This document shows positions 27,680-37,683 of a stretch of 50,472 nt of DNA, one piece after another. Source of the DNA: a virus. Its lineage: Duplodnaviria; Caudoviricetes. Within the stretch, counting starts at the first letter, position 1; each line of letters begins with the position of its first letter. The stretch lies in the IMG/VR virus record IMGVR_UViG_3300038406_000147, positions 1 to 50,472 of that record. One strand, written 5' to 3'. Made by a program: the position numbers and the translations under genes. Under the pieces are notes generated by a model, which was not told where the DNA came from, did no database searches, and was given only the letters and a program-made list of their open reading frames with translations.

Positions 27680-28403
27680 CGCTCCCTCTTGATCTGCTCG
27701 AACACCGGTGGAAAGCTCCTGCCATCGCCCTGGAAGCCCGCGTGGACCATCGCCTGCTCCAGCGGCACCGACTGCCCTGCCGAGGTGTGCGGGGTGCCCG
27801 GCAGGGCAGTCGGGCCGGTCTCTGGGGCGGCCTGCACGACCTCCTGCTGCTGCGCGCGGACCTGCATCACGCCCGGATACGCCGCGAGCCGCTCAACCTG
27901 TGCGAAGAACCGGTGCGCGGACAGGGCGTACGGGTCATCCACCCGGTGGATTGCGGACATGTCGGACTCGATGTCGTCCAGGTGATCCAGGATCCAGACG
28001 AGTTCGACGGTCCGCGCTAGGATTTTCCCTTGTCATCGGCGCCGACCCCGCCCAGCGCTATCTGGAGCACACGATCAACAATCGTGCTCATCTGATCACG
28101 ATCGATCGCGTCGTGATCACAGAGCGCGTCGAAACCCTCCTCGCCGATCGCCTCGGTCAGCAGCTCGGCGACCGCGCCGTCCAGGCCCCGACCGTCGCGA
28201 ATGTCCCGCAGGTAGCGCAGCCCCACTGCCGGCGGCAGGTGCTTCGGGACCAGGTACTCCTTGTCATCGAGGTAGAACAGGGGGACCCGCACGACGGCGG
28301 GTGCCTCCTCGCCCTCAGCCGGCGCGGTAGTGATCCGCGGTGGTACGTACTCGGTTGGCCGCCCCGCAGCCGGGCGGGGTCTCCGCCCGCGGCCCCTACT
28401 CAC
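27676..28403 (-). CDS. tail assembly chaperone pair (28017-28403 plus -1 frameshift extension to 27676)
   Basis: slippery GGGAAAA just before the stop; -1 frame reads KILARTVELVWILDHLDDIESDMSAIHR into ORF 27676-27960. Confidence 0.88.
28023..28029 (-). other. programmed -1 frameshift site GGGAAAA
   Basis: G GGA AAA TCC TAG; open -1 frame. Confidence 0.85.
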
Positions 28404-28993
28404 GTCTCGTCCAGCCAGGCGACCGGGGAGGTGGTGGCGTCGACGTAGAGCGCGCCGAAGGTGACCGGGATCAGCGTGGTCGCGTCCTTCTGGTACGCCT
28501 TGCCCACCGACTCGATCGAGTTGGTCTTGCGGATGATGGTCCGGCGCATCTTCGCGGCACCGTCGCTGGGGGCGAAGCCGTCCACGACGATGACCAGATC
28601 GGTGAGCCGCATCGCGTCCTGGCCGACCAGCAGCTCGAGCTTCTTGGCTGCCGGTGGTCCCACGATCGTGGACACCGCGGTTGCCGGGTCATGGTTCAGG
28701 GCGATGGCCAGCTTCTCCAGCGTCGCCTCAGCCATACTGGTCGCCAGGGTGACCCGGCGATTGATCAGTCGCCGCGCCACCGCGTCGACAGCCTGGTCGA
28801 CTTCGGCCTCGAAGAAAGTCTGGACGACGGTCTGGGTCAAACCGCCGGAGGTCGCGCCAGCGTCTGTGAACCCGGCGCCCGGCGGGGCTCCGATGTCCGC
28901 GTCGGCTGGCTCCAGGGGGAACAGGCCCCACCAGAGCTGGCCGGGACCGATCAGGATGTCCGTAGTGGTGATGGTTGTGCTCGGTCCAGCCAT
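28400..28993 (-). CDS. major tail protein
   Basis: ILIGPGQL, GATSGG, VDQ, MAEATLE motifs; position. Confidence 0.85.
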   Translation of the reverse strand: MAGPSTTITTTDILIGPGQLWWGLFPLEPADADIGAPPGAGFTDAGATSGGLTQTVVQTFFEAEVDQAVDAVARRLINRRVTLATSMAEATLEKLAIALNHDPATAVSTIVGPPAAKKLELLVGQDAMRLTDLVIVVDGFAPSDGAAKMRRTIIRKTNSIESVGKAYQKDATTLIPVTFGALYVDATTSPVAWLDET

Positions 28994-29002
28994 AGCTCTC
29001 TC

Positions 29003-29458
29003 CTATTCGGGGATTTCGATCCACCGGAACTCGACATCTAGCTCGAAGTGGCCGTAGTCAGCCACGTCGTTGTGATCGCGGTGCGGGTCGGTGTCCGGCC
29101 AGACCCCGCACACCCGGGCCTGCCGGTAGCCGGACACCGGCATGTCCAGGGCGTTGTTCAGGCTGTGGTTCGCGTAGCACGCCTGAATGATCAGCTCGGC
29201 CAGATCGCTGGCCGCCTGCCAGCCGGGCTGGTTGGTCCCCGGATTGGTTCCGTAGGTGTGCAGCTCCATAACCGGCGAGCGCACCGGGAGCTCGCGATGC
29301 AGCGCGCCGCCGAACTCCGGGCCGACCCGCACGAAGCCGGTGGTCGCCCAGGTTGTCTGGTCCTGTGGCAGCCGGGTACCCACCATGGCCGGCGTGATGC
29401 CGGGGATGCTCTGGAGCCAGGCCCACACCGCGAGTTCGGAGCTGACAGGTTTGGCCAT
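29003..29458 (-). CDS. tail terminator
   Basis: position and size. Confidence 0.7.
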   Translation of the reverse strand: MAKPVSSELAVWAWLQSIPGITPAMVGTRLPQDQTTWATTGFVRVGPEFGGALHRELPVRSPVMELHTYGTNPGTNQPGWQAASDLAELIIQACYANHSLNNALDMPVSGYRQARVCGVWPDTDPHRDHNDVADYGHFELDVEFRWIEIPE

Positions 29459-29877
29459 TAGAACCTCGGCAATGCGCGCTTCTTGAACAGCGCGCGCTTC
29501 AGGTGTGGCTTGGCGGTCCCGCCGGGGTGGCGGACCCGTAGGAACGGGCGGAACGCTGGCGGCCAGACCAGGACGCTGCCGGCACGCGCCTTCGTTCCGC
29601 TGACCGTGCCCGAGCGTCCGACGCTGCCCGCGGTGATGTCGTGCGCCGAGGTGCCCTTCTCGGCGAACCGCCAGTAGAACAGCGTGGACCCGACGTAGCG
29701 CACCAGCTCGCGCGGCTTGACCACGATGAAGCTGTGCTTGAGCCGCCCGGTAGCGCCGACCGGGGCGAACCGGCCGGCATCCTCGCGGACCTCCTCGGCG
29801 ACGTATTCGACCACCCGGTCATCCACGATGCCGTCGAGGCGCTGGGTCCAGAACGGGTTCTCCACGAACCGGGCCAC
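29458..29877 (-). CDS. HK97 gp10-like neck protein
   Basis: APV.TGRL..S, EKGT, VRHPG, PHLKRAL. Confidence 0.8.
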   Translation of the reverse strand: MARFVENPFWTQRLDGIVDDRVVEYVAEEVREDAGRFAPVGATGRLKHSFIVVKPRELVRYVGSTLFYWRFAEKGTSAHDITAGSVGRSGTVSGTKARAGSVLVWPPAFRPFLRVRHPGGTAKPHLKRALFKKRALPRF

Positions 29878-30080
29878 TACGCCTCCACCAGCTGGCGCGC
29901 CCAGCCACCCGGATCACCGCAGTCAACGCAGCCATGGAAGGTGGCCACCCGAGTAACACCACAGGGCAAGAGCGCCAGTGCGTCAACCTCCACTACGGAC
30001 GGCAACAGGCAGGCGTCACACCACCCGCCCAAGCGGGGTTCCCCGGTGATGAGATGCACGAGCACACTTCTCCGCGCCAT
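29877..30080 (-). CDS. small CxxC/CxxC protein
   Basis: WCDAC...CVDC. Confidence 0.55.
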   Translation of the reverse strand: MARRSVLVHLITGEPRLGGWCDACLLPSVVEVDALALLPCGVTRVATFHGCVDCGDPGGWARQLVEA

Positions 30081-30088
30081 ACCTGCTC

Positions 30089-30460
30089 CTACGGGTCCTG
30101 GGTGTCGACGGCGGTGAGCTCCACGATCAGGTCGGCATCGGGCATGGTGTTGCTGTGCGCCCTAGCCGAGTCGACCCCGAACGTGCGGCCCGTCCGGTCG
30201 TCGACGACCTTGGAGTCGCGATCGATCGGCGTGCCGAAGGGCACGCGCAGCGAGAAGACCCGCAGAATGCGCGGGGTGTCGCTACTCGGGCTTTCGACCG
30301 CGCGGCCCTGGGCGCCGGTGCGGGGCCGGGTGGCCGGCCGCTCCAGCAGGTGCGCGGCGACGCCGGCGGCCACCACGGCGTCGTCTACCCGAGCACCCGA
30401 GTACGAGTTGATCGAGGCGGCCTGCCAGATCGTGACCGTCGTGTTAGGAGTTACTTGCAC
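30089..30460 (-). CDS. head-to-tail stopper
   Basis: position and size. Confidence 0.65.
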   Translation of the reverse strand: MQVTPNTTVTIWQAASINSYSGARVDDAVVAAGVAAHLLERPATRPRTGAQGRAVESPSSDTPRILRVFSLRVPFGTPIDRDSKVVDDRTGRTFGVDSARAHSNTMPDADLIVELTAVDTQDP

Positions 30461-30596
30461 CGGTACCCGGCTTGGTGCCCGAACGCGGGGTGACCTTCTG
30501 CCACAGCTTCAGGTTCAGCCGGGCTTCCTGGTCCGAGCCGGTGGGCACGTCCACGTACCGCCCGGACACCGTGTTCTGATACCTGGTCGTCTTCAT
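30444..30596 (-). CDS. small hypothetical protein
   Basis: AGGAG RBS, 50 aa. Confidence 0.5.
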   Translation of the reverse strand: MKTTRYQNTVSGRYVDVPTGSDQEARLNLKLWQKVTPRSGTKPGTGASNS

Positions 30597-30603
30597 GATT
30601 CTC

Positions 30604-31038
30604 CTATGGGTTCGGGAAGCTGTCGGCGAGCTCGTCATCGAAGCTGGCCAGCCCCTGACGAATCGGCATCGGCAGGTCGCCCTCCATGACGATGCTGCCG
30701 ATACCGAGCAGATCGAGCTCTCGGCGGATCGCCCTGATCTCGTGCCTGTTGGCGAAGATGCCGGTCGGCTGCCCTGCCTGCCACTGGTGCCCGTCGATAG
30801 CCTGGCCGGAAAAGGCGTTCGGGTTGACCGTGACCCGCCGCATCATCGAGACCATCACGGCCACGATGCCCGGTGGCACGTCCGGCGGCTCCACGGCGTC
30901 GAGCAGCCCCCGGGCATGCTGGCGGACGATGGCGGAGGCATCGATCAGCTCGGCCTCCGCCTTGTCCGACAGCGCACCAGGGAGCGTGTACCCCAGTCGG
31001 GTCTCCAGCTCGGCCAGGGTCAACAGTGCCGCGGCCAC
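30604..31038 (-). CDS. head-to-tail adaptor
   Basis: ELETRLG..A..LIDASAIVR..RR..NP motif. Confidence 0.8.
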   Translation of the reverse strand: MAAALLTLAELETRLGYTLPGALSDKAEAELIDASAIVRQHARGLLDAVEPPDVPPGIVAVMVSMMRRVTVNPNAFSGQAIDGHQWQAGQPTGIFANRHEIRAIRRELDLLGIGSIVMEGDLPMPIRQGLASFDDELADSFPNP

Positions 31039-31041
31039 GCC

Positions 31042-31446
31042 TCAGTCCTTCGGCTCAGCGGGAATCGGCGCGCCGCCCTTGAACGGGACCATGCTGGCCA
31101 ACACATCGGCTCGATAGGCGTCGTACACCTCGCGGCGTAACGAACCCCGCACCGGCACGTCGATGCCCTTGCTGGTGGCCCACGCACGGAGCTCCCGTGC
31201 AGACGGCTCGCGCACCTCGGGCGGAGTCGCCAGGCGATCAGCCTCCGGCAGGCGGACCACGGCGACGTGACCGGTCAACGCGTGGACACGCGCTTGGTCC
31301 CGGTAGCGGGCGGCCAGCACCTTCATCTCGGCCACGTCGGTATGGCCAATCTTGCGTAGCGCCGACACGATGTGCCCCAGCGGGGTCTGGGTGGTGATGG
31401 GGATGCCGAGCTCAGGAAGCCCAGCATCCCCCCCGGGGGTGGTCAT
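31042..31446 (-). CDS. protein with C-terminal Lsr2-type DNA-binding domain
   Basis: ELRAWATSKGIDVPVRGSLRREVYDAY. Confidence 0.7.
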   Translation of the reverse strand: MTTPGGDAGLPELGIPITTQTPLGHIVSALRKIGHTDVAEMKVLAARYRDQARVHALTGHVAVVRLPEADRLATPPEVREPSARELRAWATSKGIDVPVRGSLRREVYDAYRADVLASMVPFKGGAPIPAEPKD

Positions 31447-32444
31447 CAGACGCCCGGACCGTCGATGAACTTGATTGCCCGCTCCAGCTGGGACAGCGAT
31501 GCCGGGTTGGTCGGGGTGATCGGGTCGACCACTGCGGCCGTGCCGGTCCAGGTGTTGACCAGGGACCGGTCGGTGGTGTTGGTGTAGTCGTAGTCCATCA
31601 GCCAGCGCACGGACACCCCGCCGAACGACGCGGCGGCGCCCATCTGCTGAGCCTCCGCCGACCCGAGGCCGCGGGTGGCCGCGAACGATGCTCCCTGCGG
31701 AACCCGCGGGGCGCGGGCGGCCAGCACGAACGCGGTCCGGTGATAGGCGTACGCCTCGTCGGCAGGGATGCCGTTGGACGGAACCACGGTGAAACCGGCG
31801 ATTCTACCGATCGCCGCCTCGCGCAGCGCGTTCTCCGCCGAGCTGCCGATGTTGTCGAACTTGTTGAACCGGTCGTTGAGCAGGATCTGCTCCTCGATGT
31901 TGCTGCCGATCAGCAGCCACCGGCCAGACTTGGCCACGTTGCGGTCGTTGAGCAGCTTGCGCGCCCGGACCGCCAGCTTGTACCAGTCGATGTCGGTGCC
32001 GGTGGCGAACTCGGCCAGGTTGTAGTCGAGAGTCAGCGGCGTCTGGTAGGTAGCGCCGGTGATCTGCGCCGCGATCTGGTCCTCGACGCCCTCGGCAACC
32101 GCCCGCACCTGCGGCATGAGGATCTGGCCACCGAAGCTGGTGATGTCCAGCGTCAGCTCCTCGTCGGTGATGGTAGCCGCGTTGTACACGTCGGTGTCCA
32201 GCTTCACGGGGACACTGAACTCGTTGCTCTGCTCGGCCACGATCGGCGTGCCGGCACGCAGCACCCGAGTGGTAGCGACCCGGCGCGCCGGGACCCGCAT
32301 GTCCACAGTGTCACCGAAGGCGCCCTCGAACTCGGCCGGCGCGATCGCATCGGTCCACACGGTGCGTGCGATCACCAGCTCCCGAAAGAGCAGGTCGACT
32401 GCGGTGTTGGCGATGACGGTAGGCTTGAGAAACTGATTAGGCAT
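31446..32444 (-). CDS. major capsid protein
   Basis: MPNQFLKP, GDTV, ITDEELTLDI, GRIAGF; follows the scaffold gene. Confidence 0.9.
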   Translation of the reverse strand: MPNQFLKPTVIANTAVDLLFRELVIARTVWTDAIAPAEFEGAFGDTVDMRVPARRVATTRVLRAGTPIVAEQSNEFSVPVKLDTDVYNAATITDEELTLDITSFGGQILMPQVRAVAEGVEDQIAAQITGATYQTPLTLDYNLAEFATGTDIDWYKLAVRARKLLNDRNVAKSGRWLLIGSNIEEQILLNDRFNKFDNIGSSAENALREAAIGRIAGFTVVPSNGIPADEAYAYHRTAFVLAARAPRVPQGASFAATRGLGSAEAQQMGAAASFGGVSVRWLMDYDYTNTTDRSLVNTWTGTAAVVDPITPTNPASLSQLERAIKFIDGPGV

Positions 32445-32504
32445 GGAAACTCCTCTATACGTGGACCACGATCAGCCTCCATGCCTGGAGCCGCGTGGTT
32501 GTGG

Positions 32505-33050
32505 CTACAGCCGCGGGATCGCGGCCAGGATCTTGCTACGGTCGTCTTCTACCGGGGGGCTGGTGCTGCCGGGACCGGGATCGGGTGTCAGCTTCTCCCG
32601 CTGACGGACGATCGGCGGTGTGGACGGCGTGGACGGTGTGGACGGTGTGGGCTGGTCCCCCTCGGGCTTGGGCTTCCAGTCGAAGACCGATTCGGCGTCA
32701 GTCATCAGCTCCTCGACCGTGCTGCCCCGGAGCCGCTGAACCTTCGCCATCGACAGCCCGGTCTCGGCCACTACCTCGCCGAGCAAGGCTCGCTGCTCAG
32801 CGTCGGCCGCCCGCTTCTCCATGGCGCTGATCTTCTCGATCAGCTTGTCCATATCGGACTTCTTGGCATCGTCCGCGGCCTTCAGCTTGGCAAGCTCGTC
32901 GCGAGTTGCCTTCGCATCGGCCTCCGCCTTCTTAGCGCGCTCCCGTTCTGCCTGGAGCGCACGCTTCCCGGCGTCGCCGAGACCATCATTGGTGCCGCCA
33001 CCCGTCGCGGGTGGGCTGTCGTTCTTGTTCTCGTCCTCGTCCTTGGGCAT
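32505..33050 (-). CDS. capsid scaffolding protein
   Basis: LGDAGKRALQAER coiled coil; RLRGSTVEELMTDA. Confidence 0.88.
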   Translation of the reverse strand: MPKDEDENKNDSPPATGGGTNDGLGDAGKRALQAERERAKKAEADAKATRDELAKLKAADDAKKSDMDKLIEKISAMEKRAADAEQRALLGEVVAETGLSMAKVQRLRGSTVEELMTDAESVFDWKPKPEGDQPTPSTPSTPSTPPIVRQREKLTPDPGPGSTSPPVEDDRSKILAAIPRL

Positions 33051-33087
33051 CGCGCCCCTCCTCTCAAGCCCGCCGTCGCGGCAGGCG

Positions 33088-33291
33088 CTACTTACCTACA
33101 TCGATGCCCGGAAAGCGCCGCTTGACGGCGCGCCGAACCCGACGCTTCTCCTCCGGGCTACCGTGCTGCGCGACCCGGGCCAGTGCGTTTCGCGCGTGAG
33201 CTCGGTCGTGGATCGGGTAGGCCCGACGTTCTGGGATGGCAAACGCGCTGTCCGGCAACGCCTTGCGACGGCCGGCCGTCAGCTGTGCCAT
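33088..33291 (-). CDS. small basic protein (DUF6582-like)
   Basis: RKALPDSAFAIP.RRAYPIHDRAHARNALARV. Confidence 0.75.
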   Translation of the reverse strand: MAQLTAGRRKALPDSAFAIPERRAYPIHDRAHARNALARVAQHGSPEEKRRVRRAVKRRFPGIDVGK

Positions 33292-34139
33292 CACCCATTC
33301 CCCGCGCCGGCCATGTGGCGGCGCAGCGCGTTGAGGGGGTCGTTGCTGGTGCCACGATCCAGCTCGCCGGCCGCGCGGGCTGCGCGCTGCGAGTCCCGCC
33401 AGAGCTGTTCGGCGCGCTGCGTGGTGCCCGGGAGCACCGGGGTCCGGGTGAAGACCGGCACCACCTGGCAGCCGCAATTGTCGTGATACCGGTTGATCTC
33501 GCCGCGCACCGGGTCCAGCTCGAACCCAGCGGACTGCGCGCTCTTGTAGACCGCGCCACGGCTGGCCAGCATCGCGCAGAAGGCACAGGGGTCGCCGTCG
33601 GTGACCCGCATCCAACCGCGGGCCAGCCGGTCCTGGGCGATGGTGTTCTCGACCGCCTGGCGCCCGGCGTTGAGCGCGACCCGGGCGGCGCTCTCGGCGG
33701 CAGCGGCCAGCGCGCGGGGCTCGGCCCGCCGGAACAACGCCTGTCGCGGCTCGCTGCGGGCGAGCAGGTCGATCCGACGCTGCGTGCGGAACAACGGGCC
33801 GATCGCGGTGACCAGCATCGCCCCTACCACCTGGCCGGCCTCCAGCTCAGCGACGGGGACCGTGCCGGCCACCAGCACCGCCGGCACGGCGCCGGTGTCG
33901 AGCGTGGCCTGCTGCCGGTAGTGCTCCAGGGCGAGCTGGTGGAAGACCGGCCGCCACTGCCTCACCAGCTCGATGACCAGACCCATCCAAGCGGCCCGCA
34001 GAGCCGGGTCGAGCAGCGCTTCCGGACCGGGCCACAGCGCCACGAACTCGCGGACGAAGCGGGCGCGCAGCACGACCGTACGCCGGCGGTACGCCTCGAT
34101 CAGGGTCAGCGCCTCAGCTGTTGTTGGCACCCGGACCAC
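33291..34139 (-). CDS. MuF-like minor head / capsid maturation protein
   Basis: WMRVTDGDPCAFCAMLASRG..Y, HDNCGC. Confidence 0.85.
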   Translation of the reverse strand: MVRVPTTAEALTLIEAYRRRTVVLRARFVREFVALWPGPEALLDPALRAAWMGLVIELVRQWRPVFHQLALEHYRQQATLDTGAVPAVLVAGTVPVAELEAGQVVGAMLVTAIGPLFRTQRRIDLLARSEPRQALFRRAEPRALAAAAESAARVALNAGRQAVENTIAQDRLARGWMRVTDGDPCAFCAMLASRGAVYKSAQSAGFELDPVRGEINRYHDNCGCQVVPVFTRTPVLPGTTQRAEQLWRDSQRAARAAGELDRGTSNDPLNALRRHMAGAGNG

Positions 34140-35481
34140 GGCCCTGACGGTCGATGCTGTCCACCAGGCGACTCAGTGCGTCGCCCTTCTGCGCCTCCTG
34201 ACGCAGCGTGTCCCACCGGGCAACCTCGGTCTGGCTGGCGCCTATCGCGTCGGCGAACGGGTCCCACAGCGCCCGCGACGGGATCTCCAGCATGGTGGCC
34301 GCCTTACCGAGTGCGTCAACCAGCTGGGCCAGGGTGGTGACCCGCGTATCCCGCCAGCGGGTCTCGGCAGCCTGGTCCGGGATGTTACCAATGAGCCGAC
34401 CGGCAAGACCCAACATCTGCTCGTGGTCCTCGCCCATGACCGTGCGGTACTCGGTACTGGCCCGATTGCGGCTCTCGTCAGCGGCAGCAAGAGCGTCGGC
34501 GGACAAATTGGCCAACGTCCCCAGCATCTCGGCGACAGAGGTCTGGCTGGTAATCGCCATATGCCGCACGGTCGCCTCACGGGAAGCGATGTAGCCACTC
34601 AAGTCAGTCTGCCCGAACTCACCAACCGTGATGCCGTCAGGCCCCCCGGAGTCCTCAAAGGTCATGAGACGGGAAGCGCTCATTTTCAGCCGCGCTGCCT
34701 CATCGTCGCCCAGCCAACCCAAGATGTACCGCTGCCTGAATGCGCCATAGTGCTGGGCGACCATCAGCCCGAACGTGGTCAGGTCGGTCTGATCCTGTAG
34801 GTCATACAGCGGCTCTATGATGCCGGCCGGCGGGTCGTCGAGATCTACCGTCTCGTGGTAGCAGACCACGGGGGTAACCCCCATGTTGTGCGCACGGCGG
34901 TCCACTACGTCCAGCTTCTGCGGGATGGTACCGGGATCCCCTTGCGGAACGAACTCGTAGATGTGGGTGCTGTCGTACAATCGCCACCGGGCACTGCGGG
35001 CACGCCACTCGATGGCGTACTCCGGCCAGTCTTCGTCGTCACGCCAAGCGGTAGTCAAGATGCGGGGGCTGTGGCCGCGGACCATCGGGCCGCGCTCGCC
35101 CGGAAGGACGGTGGCGTAGCTCTTACCGTAAGCCAGCGCTGCCTTGTGGATGCCGATCTGCCTGGCGTCCATCTTGTTGGCCTGCCAAGCCGCTGCCCAG
35201 GCGGGGTGGTTCTCGTCACCGGGGGGAATCCGGAAACCCTCAACGTACATCGACTGGTAAGCCGACCTAAGCACAAACGGCATCAGGTTGACCTTGCTGA
35301 TCCGGGCCAGCGCGACAACTTCCCTGGGCGTTCCAGTAACCAGGAAGTTGATCCGGCGGTTGCGATCAGGCTTGAGGTAGTGCCGTACGTCGTCTAGACG
35401 CTGCTTCTCCTGCGCGCGAATGTCGAGCAAAACCTGTGCCTGCTTAACAGCTTCCGCGTCAGTCAAGCCCTTATTTGCCAC
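34114..35481 (-). CDS. portal protein
   Basis: WQANKMDA..IH..AL.YGKSY, HNMGVTPVV, AFRQRYI, NLSADAL. Confidence 0.9.
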   Translation of the reverse strand: MANKGLTDAEAVKQAQVLLDIRAQEKQRLDDVRHYLKPDRNRRINFLVTGTPREVVALARISKVNLMPFVLRSAYQSMYVEGFRIPPGDENHPAWAAAWQANKMDARQIGIHKAALAYGKSYATVLPGERGPMVRGHSPRILTTAWRDDEDWPEYAIEWRARSARWRLYDSTHIYEFVPQGDPGTIPQKLDVVDRRAHNMGVTPVVCYHETVDLDDPPAGIIEPLYDLQDQTDLTTFGLMVAQHYGAFRQRYILGWLGDDEAARLKMSASRLMTFEDSGGPDGITVGEFGQTDLSGYIASREATVRHMAITSQTSVAEMLGTLANLSADALAAADESRNRASTEYRTVMGEDHEQMLGLAGRLIGNIPDQAAETRWRDTRVTTLAQLVDALGKAATMLEIPSRALWDPFADAIGASQTEVARWDTLRQEAQKGDALSRLVDSIDRQGRGPGANNS

Positions 35482-35496
35482 CGGTTCACCTCCCTC

Positions 35497-37200
35497 CTAT
35501 ATACACGCGGCACGACCGGTTTTACGCCGGCGCTTCTTCCACTTCGGTGATGCGAGTACCAGCCGCCGTACCATCCGGGCACCGATCACGCACACGATGC
35601 TGTCGATCTTGTCGGGCGAATCCTTGGATGCCTTACCGATCGACGTGCCGTACTTGTTGGGCCGGTTCCGCGCGTTGCCCGCGTGCCGTGTGACAGCCGC
35701 GTCGCCGTCCTGCGTAAACAGCTTGTCCTCGATCTCGGCGTGGGTCAGCTCGCACGCCCTCGTGAACTCGTAGAGGTGCCCGCTCATGTCCCAGGCGATC
35801 TTCTGCGGGTCCTTCCCACCCGGCACCGCCTCGGCCAACAGCTCGTCGCCAAACAGCTTCGGCCACTCGATCTTGGCGAAACTCTCCCACTCGCGCACGT
35901 CCGAGAAGAAGCCCACCACGTCGTAAACGTCACGCGCCCAGCGAACCTTGGCATCCACCTGAGCTACCGGGACTACCCACTTAGGGGCTTGGCCCGGCTT
36001 GCGGTTACTGCTTGCGGTGTGGTCCTGTTTAGGCGGCTCCCACACACCAAGCCGGAACACGTGCCCGTCGCTCATACAACAGCCGATCAGCGCGGTGGCG
36101 TCGCGGGACTTGGAGCCGTCGAAGAACATGACGATAGACTCGCCGTCCTCGACCTTGCGCAGCGCCCGTAGTGCCGCCCACTGCTCAGGCTCGATCCAAG
36201 CGTCCTCAGCGGTCGCCGGGCGGTTACCGTACTTCCGCTTAGAGTCACTGAGATTCGAGCGCGGAGAGAAGATCCGCTTGACTACGGCGTCCACATTTTG
36301 CCACCAAGCGTCGGCGTACAGGCGCTCCATCTCACCGCGGACCGCCTGCTCGCTGTACCAGTCGAGGTCTGGGCGGGTGATCAGCGCGTCGTAGAGGACG
36401 CGCCCGGCGGCTTCGACCACACGGCCTTCCTCCTGCGCCACCCAGGCGTCCCACGCCTTCTCAGCAACCGATTCCTGCCCGGGTACCCAGGCGTTCTCGG
36501 TCCCGAGCATCCGACTGCCGGACTTGGCCAGGTTGTCATCCAGCGTGTTGGCCAACTCCACACCGCCGTTGTTCGGCCGCCAGTGCTCGCGCTCATCGCC
36601 GATGATCAAAGAAGGCTCGGCGCCCTCAGCCGCGGTCGGAGAACTGGAGATGACCTCCAGCTTGCCTTCTGGCAACCGATAGTACTTGACCTTGCCTGGG
36701 TCCAAGTTGTACCTGGTGACGATTGGCGAGCCCTTCGGCGCGAACGCCCGGACCATGCGCATGGTGTTGCCGGTCTGAGACTCAGCGGTGGCCGCGATCT
36801 GCACCCAGGGCATAGTCATCGGCTTGCCGACTACGATGCGTCGCTTGTGGTCTATGTCGTGCACCCGGACCGGGCCACAGAACTCACACAGCCCGACAAC
36901 GGCTGCGAACGGACTCTTACCGGAACCCTTGGCGAGGCGCCGCACACCGTGCTCGAACAGCCAGACACCATCATCGTCCACGCCGTACCACCACATTAGA
37001 AATCTCAGTTGACGCGGAGTGAACTGGAACGGCTTGCCCGCCCGCGGGCCGTTGGGCTGGATCAGGGTCGACTCAGCCCAGTACACGATCTGCGGGGCGA
37101 GTGTGAGTACGGACCCGTCGACCGGGAAGGGCGGGAGGGTGTCTAGGCGATCAAGCGGTGCCGGCAGCTCAGCCGGCGGCCAGGCGAGCGCGGTAGTCAT
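35497..37200 (-). CDS. terminase large subunit
   Basis: RRLAKGSGKS Walker A, IIGDE Walker B, FFDGS..DATAL, KIDS. Confidence 0.95.
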   Translation of the reverse strand: MTTALAWPPAELPAPLDRLDTLPPFPVDGSVLTLAPQIVYWAESTLIQPNGPRAGKPFQFTPRQLRFLMWWYGVDDDGVWLFEHGVRRLAKGSGKSPFAAVVGLCEFCGPVRVHDIDHKRRIVVGKPMTMPWVQIAATAESQTGNTMRMVRAFAPKGSPIVTRYNLDPGKVKYYRLPEGKLEVISSSPTAAEGAEPSLIIGDEREHWRPNNGGVELANTLDDNLAKSGSRMLGTENAWVPGQESVAEKAWDAWVAQEEGRVVEAAGRVLYDALITRPDLDWYSEQAVRGEMERLYADAWWQNVDAVVKRIFSPRSNLSDSKRKYGNRPATAEDAWIEPEQWAALRALRKVEDGESIVMFFDGSKSRDATALIGCCMSDGHVFRLGVWEPPKQDHTASSNRKPGQAPKWVVPVAQVDAKVRWARDVYDVVGFFSDVREWESFAKIEWPKLFGDELLAEAVPGGKDPQKIAWDMSGHLYEFTRACELTHAEIEDKLFTQDGDAAVTRHAGNARNRPNKYGTSIGKASKDSPDKIDSIVCVIGARMVRRLVLASPKWKKRRRKTGRAACI

Positions 37201-37681
37201 CGAGGTTCGGGACCCCCGGCGCGTGGCTCTTGTCCCCGCCCGGCTGCCTCCGCTCCAACTCCAGGCGGAGCCGACGCCGGTCGCCCTCGATGAGCAGAAG
37301 TCCCTGGAAGGCGCGCAGATACGCGGACAGGGACGAGCCCCGCAGCGGCAGCTTGCGCGTCATCGGCCTGCCGTCGTTACCCAGAATGGCATGACCATCC
37401 TGATCGGTCACGATCATCGGACGCAGCTCACGGGAAAGGCTCTCGCAGACCACCTGGGCGACCGCCCAGTCGCTCGGCTGGAAGAACTGGGACTGCCCAG
37501 AGTCGGGGAGCGACTCGTACAGCGCCTGCACGAGCGGGTGCCAGTCCTTGTCCACCGGGGGAATCGGCACATTCTCTGCGCCGATAGCCTTCTCGACAGG
37601 CGGGCTGACCTTGTTCTGCCGGCGACGCTGGTCGCTCCTCTTTGGAGGCTTACCACTCAACTGACCGGGTACACCAGGCAT
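37169..37681 (-). CDS. terminase small subunit
   Basis: PPKRSDQRRR, WHP, SGQ..F..SDW, EGDRRRLRLE. Confidence 0.85.
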   Translation of the reverse strand: MPGVPGQLSGKPPKRSDQRRRQNKVSPPVEKAIGAENVPIPPVDKDWHPLVQALYESLPDSGQSQFFQPSDWAVAQVVCESLSRELRPMIVTDQDGHAILGNDGRPMTRKLPLRGSSLSAYLRAFQGLLLIEGDRRRLRLELERRQPGGDKSHAPGVPNLDDYRARLAAG

Positions 37682-37683
37682 GG

